Shown: in pieces, positions 8,370-16,860 of the stretch
How the letters are laid out: each line of letters begins with the position of its first letter
Numbering within the stretch: position 1 is the first letter of the stretch
Source of the DNA: an uncultured delta proteobacterium
GTDB lineage: Bacteria; Myxococcota; Myxococcia; Myxococcales; 40CM-4-68-19
NCBI GenBank assembly: GCA_903911145.1
Contig: CAIWCD010000032.1
Coordinates: 2,448 to 66,447 of the forward strand
Direction: 5' to 3'
DNA length: 64,000 bases
The notes under the pieces: model-generated
What the model saw: only the letters and a program-made list of their open reading frames with translations
The model's database searches: none
Told to the model about the DNA's origin: nothing
Program-made: the position numbers and the translations under genes

Positions 8370-9548
8370 GTGAAACGCAAACGCGCATTGGTGATCACGC
8401 TGCCTGAGAAGGGCCACTACTACCCGCTGCTCGGGCCGGCGGCCGCGCTCACGCGCCTGGGCTTCGAGGTGATCTTCTCTGCGCCAGCGGACATTCGTGC
8501 GGAGCTGCAGAGCGCGGGCGTGGCTCGCATCGTGCTGCCCGAGGGCGCGCAGCCGTTGTCGCAGGAGTTGCGCGGAGCCGCGCTGGACAAGACTTTGCGC
8601 GATCCCGACAAGCTGCGGAATTGGATTCGCGAACTGCTCGTCGAAGGCACTCCCGCGATGCTCGAGCCGATGCGCGCGGTCCTGCGCGAGGTGCGTCCCG
8701 ACGTCGTCGCGATCGACACGATGTTCGATGCGGGCGCACTCGCGGCAGAGCTGGAAGGAGTCCCGTGGGTCGGCTTCGCGACGTCGCTCAACCCGGTTCT
8801 GCCGGCAGATCTCGACAGCGAACTTCTGCGCACGACGCGCGCGCTCGAGCCGCGTCGGCGTGAGCAGTTTTCGCAGCACGGATTCTCTGCGGCGTTTCGT
8901 TCTGCGGACATTCTCTCGCCGCGCGGCACCGCGGTATTCAGCACCGAGGCGCTCGTCGGCGAGCCTCCTCACAGTGTCTCCCTGGTCGGGCCATCGGTGC
9001 GCTCGTCCGCTCAGGGAGAGGTCGATCTCGATTTCGCGGAAGGCCGCCCGCTCGTCTACGCATCGTTCGGAAGCCAGGCCTGGCACCAACCGCAGCGCTA
9101 CGAACTGCTCATCGATGCGGCCGTTCAACTCGACGTCGCGCTGCTGATTGCGATGGGCGATCTCGCAGGTGAGTTCACGCAGCGCACGCTCCCTGCCCGT
9201 GTCCGCTGTATCCCGTTCGCCGATCAAGTCGCGGTGCTTGCGCACGCCCGCGTCGCCGTCACGCACGGCGGCGCGAACTCGGTGATGGAGGCGCTCACGC
9301 ACGGAGTGCCGATGCTGATCTCGCCGCTCTGCAACGACCAGCCGCACAATCTCCACTTCGTCGCGCGCGCCGGCGCTGGGTGCGGACTTGCGCTCGACAG
9401 CGCCCCCGTCGTGGACACGGTGTCGTGCCTGCGTGAGCTTCTCGCCGACGGGCCGGAACGCCAGGCCGCCGCGCGAATCGCGCACTCCTATCGAGAGCGA
9501 TCAGGCAACGAAGGAGCCGCGCTTCTGGCTGCGCGCGCTGCACGATGA
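8370..9548 (+). CDS. GT1-family (MGT/UDP-glycosyltransferase-like) glycosyltransferase
   Basis: GT-B C-terminal donor motif THGGANSVMEALTHGVPMLISPLCNDQPHN. N-terminal LPEKGHYYPLL. GTG start immediately after the upstream TGA. Confidence 0.85.
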   Translation: MKRKRALVITLPEKGHYYPLLGPAAALTRLGFEVIFSAPADIRAELQSAGVARIVLPEGAQPLSQELRGAALDKTLRDPDKLRNWIRELLVEGTPAMLEPMRAVLREVRPDVVAIDTMFDAGALAAELEGVPWVGFATSLNPVLPADLDSELLRTTRALEPRRREQFSQHGFSAAFRSADILSPRGTAVFSTEALVGEPPHSVSLVGPSVRSSAQGEVDLDFAEGRPLVYASFGSQAWHQPQRYELLIDAAVQLDVALLIAMGDLAGEFTQRTLPARVRCIPFADQVAVLAHARVAVTHGGANSVMEALTHGVPMLISPLCNDQPHNLHFVARAGAGCGLALDSAPVVDTVSCLRELLADGPERQAAARIAHSYRERSGNEGAALLAARAAR

Positions 9549-9579
9549 GCGCACGAATCTGCCCGAGGGCGGGTCGTGC

Positions 9580-10527
9580 ATGACGACGACGATCCCCCTG
9601 ACGATGGTCGCGCGCAACGAAGCGCGGGCGATCGGACCCTGCCTCGATTCGCTGCTCGCCTCCGCACGTGCAGCGCAGGCGCGCCTGCCGATCGTCTTCG
9701 ATCTCCTCGTCGTGCTCGATGACTGCACTGACGAGACGCGGGCGATCGCCCAGACGCGCAACGTGCGTGTGCTCGAGAGCCACGGCGGCAAGGTCGAGGG
9801 CCAGCGGCGCGGCTTTCGCGAGGGTGCGCCATTTCAGATATTCGCAGATGCGGATATTCTCCTCGACGAATATGCGCTCTTCGGGATCTGTGACGCGATG
9901 CTGCGCGATCCGCAGCTGCTCATCGCCTTCCCGCGCCTGGCTCCATTGCCACCGCGCGCACGCACGCCGCTCGCCTGGGCACTCCATCTCTACAATCTGC
10001 GCCGCGGATTCTCTTCAGGGCGCAGCTGGTTCAACGGCCGCCTCTTCGCGCTGCGCGGCCTCGCTCTTCCCTCGCGCGACGAACTCTCCGCGCGCGCGCG
10101 CGACCTGCCGCCGAGTCGCTTCCTCGATCTGCGCGCCGATCTGCTCGCGGAGGACATCCTGCTCAGTCGGCTCGCGCTCATTCGCGGAGGCGAAAATGCG
10201 CTCCGCGAATCGCAAGATGGCCTCGTGCGATATCGCGCGCCCGAGACGCTGCGCGGGATGCATCGCTACCACCGGCGCATGCGGCGCGAGCTTGAGCGCA
10301 CCGACGCGCTCTTCCCCGAGACGCGCGAGGTGCACGCTCGCTTCGGCCATCGCAGTTGCGATCTGCTCGCCGCCGCGCCGCGCTCAGAACGACTCGCCTA
10401 TCGACTCTTTCAAGGCGCGCTCGCGCTCTGCCGCGTGGCGTTTGCATTCGAGCGCATCTGCGTCGAGCGGGGCCTGCGACCGGGCTTTGATCCTTGGCCG
10501 GCGATCGAGGAGACGAAGGCGCTGTGA
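9580..10527 (+). CDS. GT2-family (GT-A fold) glycosyltransferase
   Basis: MTTTIPLTMVARNEARAIGPCLDSLL, VVLDDCTDET, GGKVEGQ and a DAD (DxD) motif. ATG at 9580 lies inside the longer ORF-track frame that opens at 9388. Confidence 0.8.
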   Translation: MTTTIPLTMVARNEARAIGPCLDSLLASARAAQARLPIVFDLLVVLDDCTDETRAIAQTRNVRVLESHGGKVEGQRRGFREGAPFQIFADADILLDEYALFGICDAMLRDPQLLIAFPRLAPLPPRARTPLAWALHLYNLRRGFSSGRSWFNGRLFALRGLALPSRDELSARARDLPPSRFLDLRADLLAEDILLSRLALIRGGENALRESQDGLVRYRAPETLRGMHRYHRRMRRELERTDALFPETREVHARFGHRSCDLLAAAPRSERLAYRLFQGALALCRVAFAFERICVERGLRPGFDPWPAIEETKAL

Positions 10528-11264
10528 AACGACTGCGACCAATCCACGTGCGTCCGCTCGAGATCTGGAATGCGCCAGTGGCGGGTCGGCCGCTCTGCGA
10601 CTGGCAGCTGCGCGAAGAGTTTCCCGAAGCGCTCGCGGAGTTGGTGCAGAGGCTGCGTCACGAACATCGCTTCACGCGCGTTCATCTCCTCGGCGGCGGG
10701 GCGCTGCGGCCCGGTCTTGCGTCGCTGCTCGGTGCCACGGTGTCGACCGATCCGACCTTCGCGGCGGCCCGCGCAGGGAGCGCGCAGGGCATCGCCTGTG
10801 CCGACGTCGGGCAGACCGCGATCAAGCTGGTGGCGGGCGAGAGCACGTTTACTCGCGCACGCGATCTCTCGCGGGCGCCGCTGATCAACGCGCCGACGCG
10901 CACGCCCAATGCCGACGCGACAATCTTGAACGCGCGGGAGTCGACGCTGAATTTTCTCGCCGAGTCACTCGCGCCGCTCGCTCCGCTCTTGTCCTCCTCG
11001 GCGATGCGGCCCGACGCGTGTCTTCTCCTCGCGCTTCCGTGCGAACTCGACGACGCGTGCAATCTTTCGAGCTGCACGTATGCGTGGAACCCGGGCGATC
11101 TCGCAGCGCTGCTGCGCGCGGCAGGGCTTGCGCACGAGCGCGTGCTGGTGCTCAACGACGCGGAGTTGGCTGCCCTCGCGGTCGGCAGCGATCCTCAAAC
11201 GCAGACGGAGAGAACGCTCGTGCTCACTCTCGGATTCGGCGTTGGAGCCGCGCTCTGGCGATGA
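10524..11264 (+). CDS. Hypothetical protein with weak ROK/ASKHA sugar-kinase-like motifs
   Basis: ADVGQTAIK (compare DxGGT), VLNDAELAAL (compare NDANAAALGE), LTLGFGVGAAL (compare GTGIGGG). Only 246 aa, and it stops where ROK proteins continue. GTGA overlap with the GT2 stop. Confidence 0.45.
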   Translation: MKRLRPIHVRPLEIWNAPVAGRPLCDWQLREEFPEALAELVQRLRHEHRFTRVHLLGGGALRPGLASLLGATVSTDPTFAAARAGSAQGIACADVGQTAIKLVAGESTFTRARDLSRAPLINAPTRTPNADATILNARESTLNFLAESLAPLAPLLSSSAMRPDACLLLALPCELDDACNLSSCTYAWNPGDLAALLRAAGLAHERVLVLNDAELAALAVGSDPQTQTERTLVLTLGFGVGAALWR

Positions 11265-12088
11265 CCACGCTCTATCTCTCGCCGCATCTCGACGATGTCG
11301 CGCTCTCCTGCGCAGGGGGGCTGTTGCACGCGCGCGCTCGAGGCGAGCGCGTGATTGTCGCGACGGTGTTTACCGAGGGCCGCGGCCAGGCTGCGCGGCG
11401 ACGAGAAGACATCGCAGCGCTGCGTTCAATCGGGGCTGAGCCGCTTCATCTCGGCTTTCTCGACGCGCCCGATCGCCTCCATCTCAAGCCTGGCTTTGCT
11501 TCGCTCGTGCTCGAGCCTGAGGTCGAACTCGCGCTGGTATCGACGATCTCGCGGCAACTCCGCGCGCTGCTGGCAAACGTGCGCCCGGCGCGGATCTGCT
11601 TCCCTCTGGGTGTGGGTGGACATATCGATCACCGCACGCTCTTTGAATGCGCCGCACGCGTTGCTGCGACGGCAGAGGCGAATGGAGTCGCGCTTCGGTT
11701 CTACGAGGAGCGCCCATATTCGTTCGTACCCGCGCTGCGCGTGCTGCGCCTGCTCGAGCTGCGCGGTGGTCGGCGCCGCGCGTCGCCGGATTCGATTGAT
11801 GCTGAATTGGGCCGGATACCACTGCTCAATTCATTTCCTGGTCGCGCGGCGCGCGCGGATTGCCTCGCGCAGCTCGCGCAACGACTCTCGACCGCGCACC
11901 CGCGCCGGATGCGGCTGTGCGCGCGCATGCAGTCGTTTCAACCGACGGTTCTCGAAGCGGCCGCGCAACTGATCGCGCGATATCAGACCCAGCGAACCGC
12001 GCTCTTCGGCGACCGATCGATTCAATCGCTCTATGCCGAGCATTCGCTCGATCGCAGAGGCCGATTTATCGAGCGCACATTCACTTAA
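11261..12088 (+). CDS. PIG-L/LmbE-family N-acetylglucosaminyl deacetylase
   Basis: MTTLYLSPHLDDVALSCAG (PHxDD metal motif) and GGHIDH. ATGA overlap with the upstream gene. Confidence 0.85.
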   Translation: MTTLYLSPHLDDVALSCAGGLLHARARGERVIVATVFTEGRGQAARRREDIAALRSIGAEPLHLGFLDAPDRLHLKPGFASLVLEPEVELALVSTISRQLRALLANVRPARICFPLGVGGHIDHRTLFECAARVAATAEANGVALRFYEERPYSFVPALRVLRLLELRGGRRRASPDSIDAELGRIPLLNSFPGRAARADCLAQLAQRLSTAHPRRMRLCARMQSFQPTVLEAAAQLIARYQTQRTALFGDRSIQSLYAEHSLDRRGRFIERTFT

Positions 12089-14370
12089 TAACTGAGTGCT
12101 CCCTGCGCGCGCACGGCCGTCATGGCCGCGAGATTCACCACGTCCTGCACGCTCGCGCCCTGCTGGAGAACATTGACCGGCTTGTTCATTCCCATCAGCA
12201 CCGGGCCGATCACTTCTGCACCGCCGAGACGCCAGAGCAGCTTGTAACCAATATTGCCGCTGTTTAGATCGGGGAAGACGAGGACGTTGGCGTCGCCGGT
12301 CAATCGCGCAAAGGGGAACTCCTGCGCGCGCACGCTTTCAATCACGGCAGCATCGACCTGCATCTCGCCTTCAATCTCAAGGTCGGGCCGGCGGGCGCGC
12401 ACGATTTCAACCGCGCGCCGGACCTTGCCGGGAGAGCCTCCGCGATCGGTGCCGAAGTTGGAGTAGGAGAGGCAAGCGATGCGCGGGGTCAATTCAAAGG
12501 CCTGTGCCAACTCTGCCGTTGATATCGCGATATCAGCCAGCTCTTCCGAGGTGGGATCGGCATTCACCGTACAATCGGCGAGCAGCTTGATGCCATCCCG
12601 GAAGGCGAGGATATACGTGCCGCTCGCGCGCTTATCAGGCTGCGTGCGGATGATTTCCAACGCGGGCCGGATAGCTTCCGGATAGGTGCGGGTTAATCCC
12701 GTGACGACGCCGTCGACCGAGCCGTCGGCGAGCATCAATGCCGCGAAGGTATTGCGCTGGCGGACGCGATAGAGCGCCTCGCTATAGGAGACGCCAGAGC
12801 GCTGCCTCAGTTGATAGAACTGCTGTGCGTAATCCGCGAAGCGCTCGGTATCGAGCGGATCGACGATCTCGAGATCGGCAATCGCCGTTAAGCGGGCCTC
12901 CTGCGCGAGGGCGAGAATCTCCTTGCGTCGTCCGAGCAGCACCGGCTTGCAGATCCGCTCGTCCATCAAGGCCTGCGCCGCGCGGAGAATGCGCGGGTGG
13001 TTTCCCTCGGGGAAGCAGATGCGCGTCTGCTGCTTGCGCGCGCGCGATACCACCACGCGCATGACTTCATACGTGCGCCCCTGCCGGCGTCGCAGTTCGT
13101 CGAGGTAGGTCTCGTGATCGAGCTTGATGCGCGCGACGCCGCCGTCCATCGCGGCCTGCGCCACGGCCGGCGCGACCGCAAGCAGCACGCGCGGATCGAA
13201 GGGTTTGGGAATGATGTAATCGCGGCCGAAGGAGAAGTGCTGGCCGCCATAGGCGGAGCTGACGCTTTCGGGAACGTCTTCGCGTGCGAGCTGTGCAAGC
13301 GCACGCGAGGCCGCGAGCTTCATCTCCTCGGTGATCGCGCGGGCGCGAACATCGAGCGCGCCGCGGAAGATTCCGGGAAAGCCGAGAACGTTATTTACTT
13401 GATTGGGATAATCGCTGCGCCCCGTGGCGACGATCGCGTCGGGCCGCACCGCGTGAATCTCCTCGGGCGCGATCTCCGGAACGGGATTTGCGAGCGCGAA
13501 GACGATCGGATCCTTACCCATTGAAACGATATGTTCGGCGCGGATTGCTCCGGCGACCGAGAGACCGACCAGCACATCGGCGCCGCGCACGACGTCCGCA
13601 AGTCCGCGCGGGCCGCCACTTTGCGCGAACGCGCCCTTCCATTCATCCATCTCTTCCGGGCGCCCGCGATAGACGAGGCCATGCTTATCGCAGAGCGATA
13701 TCTGCGCGCGCGGAACGCCGAGACGGACATATTGCTCCGCGCACGCGACCGCCGCGGCTCCTGCGCCGACGAACACCACGCGCACCTGCTCGGCGGTCTT
13801 GCCGACGACGTGCAGCGCATTCACCAGAGCAGCGCCGGTAATGATCGCCGTGCCGTGCTGGTCGTCGTGAAAGACCGGGATATTCATCTCGGCGCGCAGC
13901 CGCCGTTCAATCACGAAGCATTCAGGGCTCTTGATATCCTCGAGATTGATTCCCCCGAAGGTCGGCTCGAGCACGCGCACGGCATTGCAGAACGTGTCGA
14001 TATCCTTGGTATCAACCTCGAGATCGAAGACGTCGATATCAGCGAACTTCTTGAAGAGGACCCCCTTGCCCTCCATGACGGGCTTGCCCGCGAGCGCGCC
14101 GATATCACCGAGGCCGAGCACCGCCGTGCCGTTCGAGATCACGCCGACGAGATTTCCCCGCGCCGTGTACTTGAACGACAGCTCCGGATCGGCTGCGATG
14201 GCGAGGCACGGCTCGGCGACACCGGGCGAATAGGCCAGCGACAGCTCGCGCGCAGTGCCGACCGGCTTGGTGGGCACGACTTCGATCTTTCCCGGCCGAC
14301 CGTGCGCGTGGAAATCGAGCGCCTCCTCGCGCGAGATATGTCCGCCCTTGGTATCGAAGGTTGTCGCCAT
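12085..14370 (-). CDS. maeB: NADP-dependent malic enzyme (malic enzyme plus phosphate-acetyltransferase-like domain)
   Basis: [36 protein letters not shown]..., [12 protein letters not shown], and a long PTA-like C-terminal half. Start placed at the ATG at 14370 (GGAG upstream). The 60 Arg-rich residues upstream in the ORF track are antisense to the neighbouring gene's Lys tail. Confidence 0.92.
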   Translation of the reverse strand: MATTFDTKGGHISREEALDFHAHGRPGKIEVVPTKPVGTARELSLAYSPGVAEPCLAIAADPELSFKYTARGNLVGVISNGTAVLGLGDIGALAGKPVMEGKGVLFKKFADIDVFDLEVDTKDIDTFCNAVRVLEPTFGGINLEDIKSPECFVIERRLRAEMNIPVFHDDQHGTAIITGAALVNALHVVGKTAEQVRVVFVGAGAAAVACAEQYVRLGVPRAQISLCDKHGLVYRGRPEEMDEWKGAFAQSGGPRGLADVVRGADVLVGLSVAGAIRAEHIVSMGKDPIVFALANPVPEIAPEEIHAVRPDAIVATGRSDYPNQVNNVLGFPGIFRGALDVRARAITEEMKLAASRALAQLAREDVPESVSSAYGGQHFSFGRDYIIPKPFDPRVLLAVAPAVAQAAMDGGVARIKLDHETYLDELRRRQGRTYEVMRVVVSRARKQQTRICFPEGNHPRILRAAQALMDERICKPVLLGRRKEILALAQEARLTAIADLEIVDPLDTERFADYAQQFYQLRQRSGVSYSEALYRVRQRNTFAALMLADGSVDGVVTGLTRTYPEAIRPALEIIRTQPDKRASGTYILAFRDGIKLLADCTVNADPTSEELADIAISTAELAQAFELTPRIACLSYSNFGTDRGGSPGKVRRAVEIVRARRPDLEIEGEMQVDAAVIESVRAQEFPFARLTGDANVLVFPDLNSGNIGYKLLWRLGGAEVIGPVLMGMNKPVNVLQQGASVQDVVNLAAMTAVRAQGALSY

Positions 14371-14410
14371 GCCGTGATCTCCGCTCGTCCGCGCCCAGCC
14401 TGGTTCAGAA

Positions 14411-14857
14411 CTACTTCTTCGACTTCTTCTTTCCGTCCTTCTTCTGCTTCTTCTCTTTCTTCTCCTTCTTGTCCTTCTTCGACTTCTTCTCCTTCTTCGG
14501 CGCGGCCCAGACACCGAGCGTCGCGCCGGTCGGATCGTTGAAGATTCCAATCGAGCCCATCTCGCCGATCTCCATGAAGGGGACCATCAGAGTCGCGCCG
14601 GCCTTCTGCGCACGCGCCATCGTCTCCTTCACGTCATCGACCTCGACGTAGGGCAGCCAGAGCGTCGGCGCCTCGGGCATCATCTTGACCTGCATTCCGC
14701 CGATGCCGTGCTTGCCCGCCGCGATCATCGTGTAGACGGCGCCGTGATCGAGCGTCTCGTCGTGGAGCGACCAGCCGTCGAAGATCTTCTTGTAGAACTT
14801 CTTGGCCGCGGCGAGATCGCCGGTGTTCAGCTCGATGTGGACAAACGGATTCGACAT
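14411..14857 (-). CDS. VOC (glyoxalase/bleomycin-resistance fold) family protein with poly-Lys C-terminal tail
   Basis: MSNPFVHIELNTGDLAAAKKFYKKIF...GSIGIFNDPTGATLGVW (VOC pattern), followed by KKEKKSKKDKKEKKEKKQKKDGKKKSKK. Confidence 0.85.
   Translation of the reverse strand: MSNPFVHIELNTGDLAAAKKFYKKIFDGWSLHDETLDHGAVYTMIAAGKHGIGGMQVKMMPEAPTLWLPYVEVDDVKETMARAQKAGATLMVPFMEIGEMGSIGIFNDPTGATLGVWAAPKKEKKSKKDKKEKKEKKQKKDGKKKSKK
14414..14497 (-). repeat. Low-complexity AAG/GAA-rich tract encoding a 28-residue Lys-rich tail
   Basis: The plus strand reads cttcttcgacttcttctttcc...; an AT-richer island in otherwise GC-rich DNA. Confidence 0.9.
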
Positions 14858-15003
14858 GTGCCCCTCCCTGGAAATGGTTTTGGGGCCGCACCCTATGCGA
14901 TCGCGCGAGGAGAACGCGCGTGTAGGAGCATCGGACGGTTAGCGGCTGTTCAGTTGCTTGACGCGCTCCCCATTGTGACCGCTCCTCTGCGCACCGAGGC
15001 GCA

Positions 15004-16860
15004 ATGCACGCTCATCGAATCGTTGCAGTCACTCCGTTCGAACTTCCGGATCTCCGGCTCGCTGCAGCGTTGGGGCGCGCTGGAGCTCTCTCTGTGCTCG
15101 ATCTCGGGCGCGATCGCGAGGCGGCGAAGCTCGCGCTGGCGCAGCTGGCGAAGGAGCCATCGCGCGGCGAGTTCGGTGTGCGGCTCGTCGCCTCCGTGCT
15201 GATCGAACCCGCGGAACTTCCTGCGCGCATCGGGACGGTGATCGTCGCTTCCGCAGAGCAGGTCTCGCGCTTTCGTCCGCGCGCAGTTTTCGTTGAGTGC
15301 TCGACTGTTGCTGCGGCCCGAGCGGCGCAGGCTGCAGGCGCAGACGCGATCATCGCAGTCGGCAGCGAGAGCGCGGGACCGTTTTCCGAGGAGACGGCGT
15401 ACGTCCTCCTGCAGCACCTCGTCGCGGCGCAGATCACGCTCCCGATCTATCTGCGCGGCGGCATCGGCCTGCACACAGCAGCAGCGGCGATCGCGGGTGG
15501 CGCTGCCGGTGTGGTGCTCGATTCGCAGCTCGCGCTCCTCGCGGAGTCGTCGGCCTCGCCAGCGATCCGCCAGCAGATCGGCGCGATGGATGGCAGCGAG
15601 ACGGTGATCGTCGAGGGGCGTCGTCGTCTTGTGCGCCCGAGCGCGCCGGGGCAGCCTGCGCCGGCTGAAGCAGAGGCGCTCGTCGTCGGACAGGACGCAT
15701 CCTTCGCGCGCGCACTCGCCGAGCGTTTTCGCACCGCCGCGAATCTCGTCTCGGGGATCGATCAGGCGATCGACGCGCACCTGCGCCAGTCCTGCGCGCT
15801 CAATCCCCTTGCGCCCGAATCGCGCTGGGCCAAGCAGCACAATCTTCGCTACCCGATCGCCCAGGGTCCGATGACGCGCGTCTCCGATCGCGCCTCGTTC
15901 GCGCTCGCTGTCGCCGAGGGTGGAGCCCTGCCTTTTCTCGCGCTCTCGCTGATGCGCGCGAAGGAGGCGCGGCCGCTGCTCGAGGAGACGCGCGCTCGCC
16001 TCGGCTCGCTGGCGTGGGGCGTGGGCGTGCTCGGATTTGTTCCCGCCGAGCTGCGCGATGAGCAGCTCGCACTGCTCCGGGAGTTCAAGCCGCCCGTCGT
16101 GCTGATCGCTGGCGGCCGCCCGGCACAGGCGCGTCCGCTCGAGGACGCAGGCATCCAGACCTATCTGCACGTGCCGTCGCCGGGCCTGCTCGATCTCTTC
16201 GTCAAGGAGGGCGCGCGCCGCTTTGTGCTCGAGGGGCGCGAGTGCGGCGGCCACGTCGGTCCCCGCTCGAGCTTCGTTCTCTGGGAGAGCGCGATCGAGC
16301 GACTCGCTGCGGATCCGCACGCGGGCGAGATGAGCATTCTCTTCGCCGGTGGAATCCACGACGCGCGCTCGACCGCCATGGTGGCCGCTGCGAGCGCTCC
16401 TCTCGCTGGACGCGGCGCGCGCATCGGCGTCTTGATGGGCACCTCGTATCTCTTCACGCACGAGGCTGTTTCCAGCGGCGCGATCCTCCCCGGCTTCCAA
16501 TCCGAGGCGATCGCCTGCGAAGAGACGGTGCTCCTCGACACAGCTCCCGGCCACTCCACGCGCTGTGCCGAGACCGACTACGTGCGCGCCTTTCGCGCCG
16601 AGCAGACGCGCCTTGCGGCCGAGGGAAAAGATTCGCGCGAGGCCTGGGAAGCGCTCGAGAAGCTCAACCTCGGTCGGCTGCGCATCGCCGCGAAGGGGAT
16701 CGTGCGCGACGGCGAGAAGCTCGAGCTTGTCGGCGAGAGCGAGCAGCGCAAGTCGGGGATGTACATGATGGGGCAGGTCGCGGCGCTGCGTGAGCGCACG
16801 CTTTCGATTCGCGAACTGCACGCCGAAGTCAGCGAAGGCGGCGCGCGCATGCTGCAGGCT
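15004..16860 (+). other. PKS1 domain: two NMO/PfaD-like TIM-barrel enoyl-reductase segments
   Basis: First segment: IVAVTPF...YLRGGIGLHTAAAAIAGGAAGVVLDSQ. Second segment: YPIAQGPMTRVSD...LEGRECGGHVGP...FAGGIHDARS. Confidence 0.7.

Noticed and set aside
9668-12088. 806-aa ORF suggesting a large protein
   Set aside because: Only the last 275 codons (from the ATG at 11261, MTTLYLSPHLDD) look like a real protein (PIG-L). The upstream part overlaps the GT2 and kinase-like genes out of frame and is Arg/Ser/Ala-rich.
14371-14550. 60-residue Arg-rich N-terminal extension of maeB in the ORF track
   Set aside because: It is the antisense reading of the Lys-tail tract of the VOC gene. The conserved malic-enzyme N-terminus begins at MATTFD, with a GGAG RBS.
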